The translations under genes were made by a program, and so were the position numbers. From Squalus acanthias (taxonomy: Eukaryota), in contig CM059431.1 of NCBI GenBank assembly GCA_030390025.1, positions 105,774,001-105,838,000 on the forward strand: DNA of 64,000 nt. Reading direction: 5' to 3'. The notes under the pieces are model-generated. The model saw nothing but the letters and a program-made list of their open reading frames with translations. It had not been told where the DNA came from and made no database searches. Every line of letters starts with the position of its first letter. The first letter of the stretch is position 1. Positions 12,441-24,004 of the stretch are shown piece by piece.

Positions 12441-13070
12441 ACTACGTCCACCTGAGAGGGCAGACGGGGTCTCGGTTGTGAAAAAGGATCAACGCCACAT
12501 CCAGTAGGAATCTCACGTGCACTTAAAATTGCAATGGAATGCAAATTACAGGAATACATCATCCAATCATTTGTGTCCTAGCAAGATGCTCCTGCCTTGA
12601 CCAAAATGTGCTGGGATTACGCCAACATGTGAAATCCTGGCCTGTGTTTGGCAGGTGTGTGAATTGCGATCTGCGTCCCTGGATGACTGATGGAGCTTGC
12701 GGAACAATAATACAAGTTATTTGGCAGCCCCAATGAATGTGCTTTGCCTAATTGTCATGAAGGCTGATCAAATCAGTTTATCATCAAACAAATCATTTGA
12801 GCGTTTCTTTAATTTGATCTGAAGAGGGAAAGTGATCCTTTTGGAGGGGAAAAAAAAGCAGGGAGGGTTAGGCTTTTTATTGCTAGCCTAAAAATTACTG
12901 TTAGTGATATTAGCGGATGAATGCTTAATGCTTTTTGAGCAACATTCTTACTGCTATTTTAGCGGAGGCATTTAAAAATCATCGAGGAGGCCATTCAGCC
13001 CATCGTGCCTGTGCCGGCTCTTGGAAAGAGCGATCCAATTAGTCTCACTCCCCTGCTCTTGCCCCAGAGT

Positions 13071-13205
13071 CAATTGTTCCCTTTAAGCTGCTCACGGGAG
13101 CGCGGCAATCTTACGGGTACCGCGCAGGCCGCTCACAAGCTCTCAAATACCGCGCATTGAAAAAACTGGCTGCGCACAACAATGAAAATTTTAGCGGGAA
13201 TATTG
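13071..13205. mobile_element. Small hAT-like MITE inserted in a CR1 3' fragment (12985-13240)
   Basis: TIRs caattgttccctttaa / ttagcgggaatattg, with diverged 8-bp flanks cccagagt / cccgtagc. The CR1 sequence resumes after it. Confidence 0.55.
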
Positions 13206-15024
13206 CCCGTAGCCATGATCATTTTTCCTTTCCAAATATGCCCATTTCAGATAAACATTGTTACCAACCCCCGAGTTGAAATAGGAGGCAGAGGAATGAA
13301 TGTCACAGGAACGCATTAACTGTGCATTGGCTGATATTGACAGCAGTAATTTCTAGGCTTATAGATTGAATTGACACTGATGTGTTCACTGGGTATGCTC
13401 AACAGTTTAGATGGCACTGCTTCAGCAGCTGTTTAGAAAGCACTGTTTAAACCTTGCACACTGCTGCACGACTCCAGCTGCTGCACAGGCAGCGAAATTG
13501 CCCGCAACTCTTGAAATCCATCTCTGAAGGGAGCCTCCTGATTTCACGCTTGATGTGGGACGAAAGCCGCTCCAGGGTAGCGGGATTGTCAGTGTGTACA
13601 CATGCTCCTTCAGGTTTAACTCAAGAGGAAAAACTCAAGGGGATCAAGGCTTTGCTGGATGAAGGAGCCAGCTGTGCTCCAGGGACGTTTCCTTAAAACC
13701 ACCTGAGCACATCATGGATCAGGACTCATTCACTTACAAGAAACTTTGATCTACCGGGGAGGGAGTGGAGGGACGAGAGGTCGGGGGGGTGGTGTGCGAG
13801 CAGCACCATACTTCCTGATTCGAATTTTTTTTTTATGTATTAAAAAGAATGAATTTTACAACTGTATTTTGCAATACTTGGAGGAGATGGGAGTATAAGC
13901 ATTTGACACTGCCCTTGTGCAAATTGTGGTTATTATGATCTCCTCTTATGAAGACAGGACCCCACCCTGTATTTTTGATAGACTGATTGATAATTTTGTC
14001 TCCTGTTATATGATTCCCCACATCACACACCACATACCCCTTCTTTGTAGAGCACAAGAACAATTCATTCCTATGGCTCTGCTAATTCTGTAACTCTCCA
14101 CCAGCTGCTGTGAAGTGCATGGAGAATCTACCCTCCCTGTCACAAACCAGATCTTTGCTTGACAGTGCAGCGAAGATCAGGAACTCACTATTGGGGAAAA
14201 CATGGATTAACATCTAGCACACATGCTCCAAAGAGCCACATGACAGAGCTTCCAGCTTTTTGCAATACCATGTTGTTTGCACTATTCCCATCTTTCTTTC
14301 TGGGATATACAGGAACTTTCTTTGGAGTAGTGAAGAGTACAATTTAGACCTGACTAGAATTCTCTCACCCGAGAGCTGTCAGCATTGGGCGAATCCTAGA
14401 CGTGTGGCTTGAACCTAAGCTGTAGACTTCTGCCATAAACATAAATATAGTTAAGACTAGGTCAGTTGCCTCTGTCTCTTGGGCCAAGTGGAGTGACCAA
14501 GTGACATTATTACACTATTATTCTTTACTCTCATCCTCTTTTCACTGTGCTTTTCTTCTTTTATCTGTTTCTCATTCTCCTTTTACAGCCACATTGGCTG
14601 TAGGATTGATAAATATATTCTCCTGCTTTCACGCTAAGGTAAAACAGGAGACTACTATGGCGAACCATCTATTCTAACATCTGTAGTGCCAGTGAAAGCC
14701 CTCTACAACTTTAGGCCCCATAATTTAATATAGTGCTTTCACTACCGCTATATATGCTGCAAGAGCCCTGACTCTATTGTGCTTTCTTACCTTCTCTCAT
14801 TCTCTAGTGAGAGAATCAATGGGAATTATTAATGCAGTTAAAATAGGTGTGAGATTGCAACCCTTAATTGGATGGCAGGAAGATTGTAATTGCACTTGTG
14901 AATGTGATACTCCCACCTAATGTAGAATGGTTGCTAGGCTGGTGTAGCTAAAGTGAGGGCACACTCTCCACTGGTGCATGATACAAGGTCATCTTTTAGA
15001 TGTAAGAGGGTAAGTTTTACAATT

Positions 15025-16176
15025 CAAGCAATTAGGAAGGCAAATGGCATGTTGGCCTTTATTGCAAGGGGGTTGGAGTACAGGAATAAAGAAGTCTTGC
15101 TACAATTGTACAGGGCTTTGGTGAGACCACACCTGGAGTACTGTGCACAGTTTTGGTCTCCTTATCTGAGGAAGGACATACTTGCCTTCGAGGTGGTGCA
15201 ACAAAGGTTTATTAGATTGATCCCTGGGATGAGAGGGTTGTCCTATGAGGACAGATTGAGTAGATTGGGCCTCTACTCTCTGGAATTTAGAAGAATGAGA
15301 CGTGATTTCATTGAAACATATAAGATTCTGACGGGGATTGACAGGGTAGATGCTCAGAGGTTGTTTCCCCTGGCTGGAGAGTCTAGAACTTTTTTATTTT
15401 TATTCATTTATGGGATGTGGGCGTCACTGGCAAGGCCAGCATTTATTGCCCATCCCTAATTGCCCTTGAGAAGGTGGTGGTGAGCCGTCTTCTTGAACCG
15501 CTGCAGTCCGTGTGGTTGTTAGGGAGGGAGTTCCAGGATTTTGACCCAGCGACGATGAAGGAACGGCGATATACTTCCAAGTCAGGATGGTGTGTGACTT
15601 GGAGGGGAACTTGGAGGTGGTGGTGTTCCCATGCGCCTGCTGCCCTTGTCCTTCTAGGTGGAAGAGGTCGCGGGTTTGGAAGGTGCTGCCGAAGAAGCCT
15701 TGGCGAGTTGCTGCAGTGCATCTTGTAGATGGTACACACTGCAGCCACGGTACGCCGGTGGTGGAGGGAGTGAATGTTTAAGGTGGTGGATGGGGTGCCA
15801 ATCAAGTGGGTTGCTTTGTGCTGGATGGTGTCGAGCTTCTTGAGTGTTGTTGGAGCTGTACTCATCCAGGCAAAGCCAGCATAGGGGGCATAGTCTCAGG
15901 ATAAGGGGTCGGCCATTTAGGACTGAGATGAGGAGGAATTTCTTCACTCAGTGGGTTGTGAATCTTTGGAATTCTCTACCCCAAAGGGCTATGGATGTTA
16001 AGTTGTTGAGTATATTCAAGGCTGAGATAGATAGATTTTTGGACTCTAGGGCAATCAAGGGGGATAGGGCGGGAAAGTGGAGTTGAGGTCGCAGATCAGC
16101 CATGATCTTTTGAATGGCGGAGCAGGCTCGAGATGCCGTATGGCCTACTCCTGCTCCTAATTGTTATGTTCTTATG
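15025..16176 (+). mobile_element. CR1 LINE 3' portion, split by an antisense LINE at 15391-15875
   Basis: Encodes KANGMLAFIARG...LVRPHLEYC...GESRT, then resumes GHSLRIRGRPFRTEMRRNFFTQ plus the 3'UTR. Confidence 0.92.
15391..15875 (-). mobile_element. Second CR1-group LINE family, 3' fragment
   Basis: ORF 15443-15865 (HSLHHRRTVAAVCTIYKMH...SWNSLP) is an RT-LINE C-terminal region. An A-rich tail lies at about 15391-15410. Confidence 0.8.
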
Positions 16177-16654
16177 GTTACACCCGATAATCAGTCCGAA
16201 AGTGGGAGTTAACAATAAGAAAAAGAGGCAGAGTTATGTTGATTGAGATCTCCACCCATTGCGTGCCCTATTGAATCTTCTGACAGCATTTTATGAATGG
16301 TGTCCAATGTGATAAATTTTGTTTAGAACTTGTGAGGGGGAATCTGAATTTTGCATAGAAAGAGTTTCAGATCTGACTGACTGATGGTATTGCAATTTTC
16401 TTCGAACACTCCATGTTTATGTGACAGCTAGAAATGGATTTCCTGATGCATACTAGGGTGCAATATGTTCACTGGTGATGATAGGAAAAGCATCTTGGAA
16501 CAAAGTTTCAGTACACAGGACTGTTGTAGTCTTACTGAAGGCACGTGTTACTAGAAAATTTGACAGAAAGCATCCAGATGCTGAAAGCTGACACGATAGC
16601 TGCTGACTAGGTTGCTGCAAATGTCACTAAAATATTACATTCTGCACACATCAG

Positions 16655-17075
16655 GCAATTCAATTGACTCAGTGGTAGCATTCTTGCCTCTGAGTCAGAA
16701 GGTTGTGGGTTCAAGCCCCACTGCAGGACATAATCCAAGCTACTCCTTAAGTGCATTACTGAGAGAGTGGTGACTTGTCAGAAGCATTGTCTTTCAGATG
16801 AAACGTTAAACAAGTCCCTGTCTGCCTTTTCAGGTGGATGTCAAAGATTCCCATGGCACCTTTTTTGAAGACGAGCAGGGAGTTTTGCCAGTGTCCTGGC
16901 TAACACTAAAACAGATTAATTCGTCATTCTTCTCATTGCTGTGTTTTTGGGATCATGCTGTGCGCAGATTGGCTTCTGCATTTGCATACAAAACAGCGAC
17001 GACACTTCAACAGTGTTTCATTGGCTGTGAAGTTCTTTGCGGTGTCCTGAGTATATGAAAGGCAATGTATCGATG
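16655..17075 (+). mobile_element. SacSINE1/DeuSINE-like SINE (diverged)
   Basis: Head, central domain and tail are all recognisable. Confidence 0.8.
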
Positions 17076-17126
17076 TAAGAGCATTCCATACCTTAGTACT
17101 AATTCAACTTTTCTTTTAAAAACTTG

Positions 17127-17661
17127 TGGGGAAAAATTGGGCCGCGCCCCCTTTGGGGTGCTAACTTCGCCGGAGTGCTACTTTTAGTGCCCCGAAAAAA
17201 TTAGCGTCCCCCGCGCCCGAAATTCACTGGTAGCACCCCAAGAGAAGTGCTGGGCTGACGGAGCGCAGCCGGCAACCCACGGGGGGGGCTGCTCAGAAGG
17301 CCGGGGACAGCAACGGGGGCAAGTGCTGGCAGGCGGCCAGCAACAAAAATGGCTGCCCGGCACCTCCCTTTAATTTGCGCCGCCCCAGCCGCAGGTAGGC
17401 CCCCCTGACCCTGTCGGACATAGCGTCCGGCGGTAAGTCAGGGGGCGCTACCGAAGATCGCAGCCGGGGCGCGAGCAGGGCGCTGCGCAATCGCAGGAGG
17501 CGCAGCGCCGCGGGGCACTAACAGTTACCGCGGCCACTAACCTCCTGCTGAATTTTGCGGCGGCTTTGGCGGCGCTGCGCCCAGGCGCTAGTTGCATTGC
17601 GCCCCGTTAGCGCCCTATTAGGGCGCTAACGGGAGTGGCAAATCAACCGAATTTTTCCCCC
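17127..17661 (+). mobile_element. GC-rich PIF/Harbinger-like MITE, family B copy 1
   Basis: TIR tggggaaaaattgg / ccgaatttttccccc, with 3-bp TSD ttg (17124-17126, 17662-17664). Homologous to 19419-20054 and 24005-24730. Confidence 0.85.
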
Positions 17662-18702
17662 TTGGTTTTTTTGCCACCAAATGTAACTTGTCTTTTCTTG
17701 TATAATCTTTTCAATTGTTGAGTTGTATAAAAATTGGCATCTTTGAATTAAGTAGCTGCTTAGGTGAGGATTCATACTATGTTACAGATTACACAAAACA
17801 CAAGGATATATGCACTGAGAGCCTTATACAATTCTTGACATTTGGGTGAAGTCACATATTCCATTATAGTAGAATGTGAATACCTACTCCAAACCTGAAG
17901 GTCATTTCTGACACTTCCAAGAAGTCTACATTCATCCACTAATGCCTCTGCTTTGTGGAATCCCTGTGTTTATGCAAAATGGTGCAGAGCTTGTGATTCT
18001 ATCGTGATTGAACCACCTTTATTCTTTGTCCAACATTATCACTTAACTCGGATATATTTCCCATGATGTGGAAACTCCTATCTTGGCTGAACATACGTGG
18101 CTTACAATGGGAGAGCACTTCGAATCACTCATGGAGATAGCTTTTTAAAGTTGCGATTTATTTTCTAGCACCTTGTTGTCTCTGCGGATTGAAAACCTGT
18201 TCACCTCAGAAGATAAAACGGGGGGGGGGGGGAGCAGTAACCTGCTCCGCACAAATGCAGGCCATGCTCTGAGTATCGGAGGAGGAGAGTGTTCCATTAT
18301 CTCACTTCTTTTTACAGCCCCCAGCTAAATGGCCACTTTATTGATTTACTCTGTGCAGCAATTAGAAGGTGGCTGCTGGCAAGATGTTTTTCAAACTTGG
18401 TACATCAATAACTTATAAATCTTAGAACTCTTTGAGCTTCTCACTTGATTGTCGAAGTCTTTGTTTAAATTTTTAAACCTTGTTAGATGTCAGAACATAC
18501 TGATCCGCAAGCTTCTTATTTCATAATACATGGAAATAATAGTTGCATTTTATACCCTTGGATTCAGGTGGGATTATCAAAGTTACATCAGCTTCCAAAA
18601 TTGGACATCAACTAAGAAAATGAATATACATTCTTCAACCTTTTTAGTGTTAATTAGACTATATATTCCAGCTCTCAACAAACCTCTACACAGAATGACA
18701 TA

Positions 18703-19415
18703 GGGCTGGATTTTACCAGCCTTGAGGAGGCGGGACTGCTGGGAAAGTCAAAAAGAATGGGAGTTAAGAGGCCTTTTCCAATTTTGCGACTTCTGCTGCG
18801 GGCTTCATGACGTCGGGGAACCCCGCCAGGGTAAGTGAGGCATGCTGTGCGTCTGTTGTAATGTTGGTGTACAGATGACAGCTGCAGAAGTGGTGTGAAG
18901 GATGCAATGGGACACTGGTGAGTATCAGAGGTAAGGAGCTGTTGGGAAAGTGATTTTTAATGTGTTTAGATTTTTCTGTAGGTGACAAGCTTTGAAGTGT
19001 TTGTGTGGCCTCACCTCAATGGGAGAAGTGACAGATCACTTCTGTACCCTCACCTGCAGCTGCCATCTGTTTCATCCTAAAGAGAGAGTCATTGGAGAGT
19101 CTGGGTGCAAGGGCTCACCTTTGTACAGTGATTGTCAGGGTTTGACAGCACCTCAATGCTGTCAAACACTGTCAAATCATCTGTCAAAAATTTACGGTTC
19201 ATGTGCCTTTAAGAAAACCGGCAGATGAAGCATCATCAACTGACATCATCTGACACAGACTTTCCCTTAATTGGCTGGCAAGCCCGCAGGGCGGGCTTAA
19301 CAAGGCCAATCAGGGGAAAATAGCGTCTGTGCGCCGGACGTTGCTGGGGGCGGGACTAGAAACCAGAAGGGAGTAGTCCCGCCCCCAACTCATCTCGGTG
19401 AGTAAAATCCAGCCC
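18703..19415. mobile_element. PIF/Harbinger-like non-autonomous element, family A
   Basis: Perfect 14-bp TIR gggctggattttac / gtaaaatccagccc, with TSD ata (18700-18702, 19416-19418). Confidence 0.88.
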
Positions 19416-19418
19416 ATA

Positions 19419-20054
19419 GGGGTGCTAACTTTGCCGGGGCGCTACTTTTAGCACCCCGGAAAAATTAGTGCCCCCGCGGCTGAAATTGAGTGGTAGCGCC
19501 CCAAGAGAGAAGCGGGGCGCTACTGGAAGTGCCCCGCCTCCCTCTTGAGGCGCTGTGAGGGAATATCATGCTGAGGTATTGCAGGCCTTCCTCCCCTTCT
19601 TAAAGGGGGAGGGGCCTTGCGCAGCGCGACCCGGAACCCAGCTGGGCCACCAGGGATCGGAGTGCCGGCAAAACAGCCCGGCACTCAAGAGAAGTGCCGG
19701 GTTCATGGAGTGCAGCTGGCACTCCACGGGAGGGTGGGTCAGGAGGCCGGGGACGGCAGCGGAGGCAGGTGCTAGCAGGCGGCCAGCAACAAAAATGGCC
19801 GCCCGGCACCTCGCCTTTAAATAGCGCCGGCCCGGCCGCAGGTAGGCCCCCCTGACCCCATCGGACACAGCATCCGTCGGTAAGTCAGGGGGCGCTACCG
19901 AAGATCGCGGCCGGGGCACGAGCGGGGCGCTGCACACGGCGATGATGTCATCACCCGTGGCACAGCGCCGCAGGGCGCTAACGGTTACCGGTGCTGCTAA
20001 GCGCCCGCTAAAAGGGCGCTAACGGGAGGCGCAAAGCAACCGAATTTTTCCCCC
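19419..20054 (+). mobile_element. MITE family B copy 2 (left TIR mostly deleted)
   Basis: Colinear with 17127-17661. The right TIR ccgaatttttccccc is followed by ata. Confidence 0.85.
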
Positions 20055-20315
20055 ATAGTGTTTACAGCAGAGAAACAGGCCATTTGGCCAAACTAGTCTA
20101 TGCCAGTGTTTATGCTCCACATGAGCCACTTTCCACCTTACTTCCTCTCACCCTATCAGCATAACCTTCTATTCGTTTCTCTTTCATGTACTTATCTAGC
20201 TTCCCTTAAATGCATCTATGCTATTCGCCTCAACTACTCCTTGTGGTGGCAAGTTCTAGTTCATATAGTACAGGAAAAAAAAGTCACGCACTTTTCTGAT
20301 ATTTACGGGCACCTC

Positions 20316-20780
20316 ATTAGACTGATTCCTGGGATGGGTGGTGGGGGGAGGGGTGGTGGGGAGGTTGTCCTATGAAGAGAGATTAAGTAGACTAGGCTTA
20401 TATTCCCTAGAGTTTGGAAGACTGAAAGGAGATCTCATTGAAACGTATAAAATTCTGAAGGTGCCTGACAGGGTAGATGCTGGGAGGATGTTTCCCCTGG
20501 CTGGGGAGTCTAGAACTAGGGGTCACAGTCTCAGAATAAGGGGTCGGCAATTTAGGACTGAGATGGGGGAGAAATTTCTTCACTCAGAGGATTGTGAATC
20601 TTTGGAATTCTCTGCCCTAGAGGGCTGTGAATGCTCAGTCGTTGAGTATATTCAAGAATGAGATTGATAAATTTTTGGATACGAAGGGAACCAAGGGATA
20701 TGGGGATAGTGCAGGAAAGTGGAGTTGAGGTAGAAGATCAGCCATGGCCTACTCCTGCTCCTATTTCTTATGTTCTTATA
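20316..20780 (+). mobile_element. CR1 LINE 3' fragment (an antisense CR1 3'UTR piece lies at about 20060-20260)
   Basis: Encodes LSYEERLSRLGLYSLEF...GESRTRGHSLRIRG and ends ttcttatgttctta. Confidence 0.9.
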
Positions 20781-21221
20781 TATGCACTAATTATTTGCGC
20801 AGTCTAAATTAGGGATGTCACACTAATTATATCTCGATATAATATAATATATAGCCCCCATCATTGTTGTATCATCAGATGAAAATGCCGCATGCAAAAA
20901 GCCATCATGACCAAAACAACAGGCCTAAGAGAATTAATATCAGTGACCAATGTCTTTAATATTCAGTGAGCATGAGTCGGCAAATGGAAAAAGCCTATTT
21001 TTGAGATCGCAAAACCAAGCTGTAGCTTGGGCAACAAGTGGAAGAATGTGATAAAGCAAACAGCGACTGCAGTTTTTAGATTACAATCAGCTAGCTGAAC
21101 CGCGAAGGGGCCTTGGTGTTTGGCTGTCAAGGTACGAGACCACTCGCTGCAGGTAGACGTAGAGTCCTTCGACTCTGCACCACCCGAGGTATCACTGCAG
21201 CCGGGGTGAGGTTTCCTAAGG

Positions 21222-21884
21222 AAGAAAGACTTGCATTTCTATAGCGCCTGTCACGGCATCAGGACGTCCCAAAGTGCTTTACAGCCAATGAAACACCTTT
21301 GAAGTGTAGTCACTGTTGTAATGTAGGAAACGCGGCAACCAATTTGCGCACAGCAAGCTCCCACAAACAGCAATCTGATAATGAGCAGATCATCTGTTTT
21401 TAGGTAAAAACAGAAAATGCTGGAAATACTCAGCAGGTCAGGCAGCATCTGTGGAGAGAGAAACAGAGTTAACGTTTCAGCTCGATGTTTCTCTCTCTCC
21501 ATAGATGCTGCCTGACCTGCTGAGTATTTCCAGTATTTTCTGTTTTTATTTCAGATTTCCAGCATCCGCAGTATTTCTGTTTTTGTATCTGTTTTTAGGT
21601 GTTTGTTGAGGGATAAATATTGGCCAGGACAACAGGGAGAACTCCCCTGCTCTTCTTCGAATACTGCCATGGGACATTTTCCCCATCCATCTAAGAGGGC
21701 AGACAGGGCCTCGGTTTAACATCTCATCTGAAAGACGACATCTCTGACAGCACAGCCATTCACCTCAGCACTGCACTGGAGTGTCAGCTGAGATTTATGA
21801 GCTCAAGTCTCTGGAGTGGGACTATGAACCCACAACCTGCTGACTCAGAGGCGAGAGTGCTACCCACTGAGCCGCGGCTAACAC
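21222..21884 (-). mobile_element. Full-length SacSINE1/DeuSINE-like SINE interrupted by a Penelope fold-back insert
   Basis: Tail at 21222 and head at about 21884. The insert 21406-21586 is flanked by atctgtttttaggt repeats. Confidence 0.88.
21406..21586. mobile_element. Penelope-derived fold-back (inverted-arm) element
   Basis: Inverted arms of about 55-60 bp (aaaaacagaaaatgctggaaatactcagcaggtcaggcagcatct / agatgctgcctgacctgctgagtatttccag...). 14-bp TSD at 21392-21405 and 21587-21600. Confidence 0.85.
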
Positions 21885-22379
21885 AAGACTGCCTTGCTGA
21901 ACTACTGTTTTAATGTTCGCGAAAAGCTAACTATTCTCCTGGCAGCAGCACTAGTGTGGCAGCAGAGAGGATATCGCAACACAGTGACAGATAAACTGAG
22001 GAAAATGTGCCACTTTTAGTTGGGTATTAACAACTCTCAGTTGATCGTATGCTACAAGTCTATTTTTTTCCAGTCATGTGAGCCACGTACTGGGTTTCCC
22101 TATTTTACACGATGAAAGACAGTTTTTGCTTACAGTAGCAGTTGGAGGAACGTATACTCACTGGGGCCATCCATGTATGACAACTCACTCTTAGTTTAGT
22201 AATTGTCAGGCCAATAGCTTCCTGGTCCTTGCTGAGAGACAGAAAGTCTTGTTTCTCTCTTTAGCCTCAATAGGGTTTTTTTTTAAACCAGTGGCTCCTA
22301 TGCTCTCAGTTCCAGAGTAGTATAGTTGCTAGTTTGGCACCAGTGCCATTGCTGGAGCTGCTGGATAGCATATGCTGGA

Positions 22380-22817
22380 TGGCGGCACGGTGGCATAGTG
22401 GTTAGCACTGGTGCCTCACAGCGCCAGGGACCCGGGATCGAATCCGGCCTCGGGTGACTGTCTGTGTGGAGTTTGCACATTCTCCCCGTGTCTGCGTGGG
22501 TTTCCTCCGGGTGCTCCGGTTTCCTCCCACAGTCCAAAAATGTGCGGGTTAGGTTGATTTGGCTATGATAAATTGACCCTTAGTGTTAGTGTTAGGGGGG
22601 GATTAAATATGTGGGGTTACGTGGATAGGATGGGATATGTTAGGGGAAATTAAATACGTGGGGATAGGGTGGGATATGTGTCGGTGCAGGCTCGATGGGG
22701 ATTCTGTGTGGGAAAGCAGGGACAGGGTACTGGATTTGGATGATCAGCCATGATCGTATTGAATGGTGGAGCAGGCTCGACGGGCCGAATGGCCTACTCC
22801 TGCTCCTAGTTTCTATA
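22380..22817 (+). mobile_element. HE1-like V-SINE
   Basis: tRNA-like head (tggcatagtgg...gatcgaatcc), V-domain tctgtgtggagtttgcacattctccccgtgtctgcgtgggtttcctccgggtgctccggtttcctcccaca, and a CR1-derived tail. Confidence 0.9.
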
Positions 22818-22980
22818 AGAGTTAAACCGTTCACTCGCACTAGCTTTTCATCCTGGAACTCTGTGTGCTAGCGTAAAACTCCCGGTGACCTTTTAATGTT
22901 GAAAAGAACCGATGGGATAGTTGGCTCTTTTCCTCTTTCCCAACATTAGAAACTTAAAGCTAGGCTCCTTCTATCGGTAG

Positions 22981-23430
22981 TGTCAGCTGTAGTTCAGTGG
23001 GTAGCTTTCCTGCCTCTAAGTCAGAAGGTTGTGGGTTCAAGTCCCACTCCAGAGACTTGAGCACCAAATCTCGGCTGACACTTCCAGTGCCAGTACTGAG
23101 GGGAGTGCTGCACTATTGGAGGTGCTGCCTTTCGGGTGAGAGGTTCAGTTGAGGCCCTCTCAAATGGATGTAAAAGATCCCAAGGCACTATTTTGAAGAA
23201 GAGCAGGGGAGTTATCCCCGGTGTCCTGGCCAATATTTATCCCTCAATCAACATAACAAAAAAAATTATGTGGATATTATCACATTGCTGTTTGTGGGAG
23301 CTTGCTGTGCGCAAATTGGCTGTCGCGTTTCGTACATTGCGACAGTGACTACACTTCAAAAGTAATTAAGTGGCTGTAAAGCGCTTTGAGACGTCCTGAG
23401 GTTATGAAAGGCGCTATAGAAATGCAAGTC
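22981..23430 (+). mobile_element. SacSINE1/DeuSINE-like SINE, near full length
   Basis: A/B-box head, central domain, and L2-like tail. Confidence 0.88.
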
Positions 23431-24004
23431 GCACTTTTTATTTTAAACTTATATCCAGTCTGTAGCTGAAGCTTGGTGAGGCGATTGTCTCTAACTGGTT
23501 TCATAAGTGTTGATGCTAATTGAACAGTAGTTATACTGCTCGTCACTGCAATATGGAAGCTGCTTCATGATAAAGGAACACAGGCAATATAAATACACCG
23601 TAACGTACCTTTTTAAGGTCAGGACCATTGGCAAGTAATCATCACCCGTTATACGGAAAGAAAGGCCAGACTGGAAATGATAAGCAAGGTTTTATTCCTG
23701 CGCATCACTCAACAATGAGTTGAAGCGAGTGTTTCAATTTGGCTAGTGCACGTGGAGTCATGGGGCTTATTTGGCTTGGAGCCGAAAACTAAATTTAAAA
23801 CTCACCTTCTGAGACTCTTCTGGCCCAGGGCCCGGTCCTGCAAGGTTTTGCCTGATGGGAGAGCCGACACTGACCCCGCCACCCACCCCCCCACCCCCCC
23901 CCCCCCCACTGCCCTGCTTGATTCATCGGAGCCGATCTACATATTTAAAGTAGCAACCCCTGCTCCCTTCCTGCGGGTGTCCTGCTCGCCTGTTTGAAAG
24001 AGCA

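Noticed and set aside
19676..19703. Hairpin with a loop resembling the synthetic shRNA loop TTCAAGAGA
   Set aside because: It is present in two diverged natural MITE copies and the stem is only about 11-12 bp, so the resemblance is coincidental.
22380..22455. tRNA gene-like sequences (also SINE heads at 22981, 37307, 48245, 50586, 58786)
   Set aside because: They are tRNA-derived SINE heads contiguous with SINE bodies.
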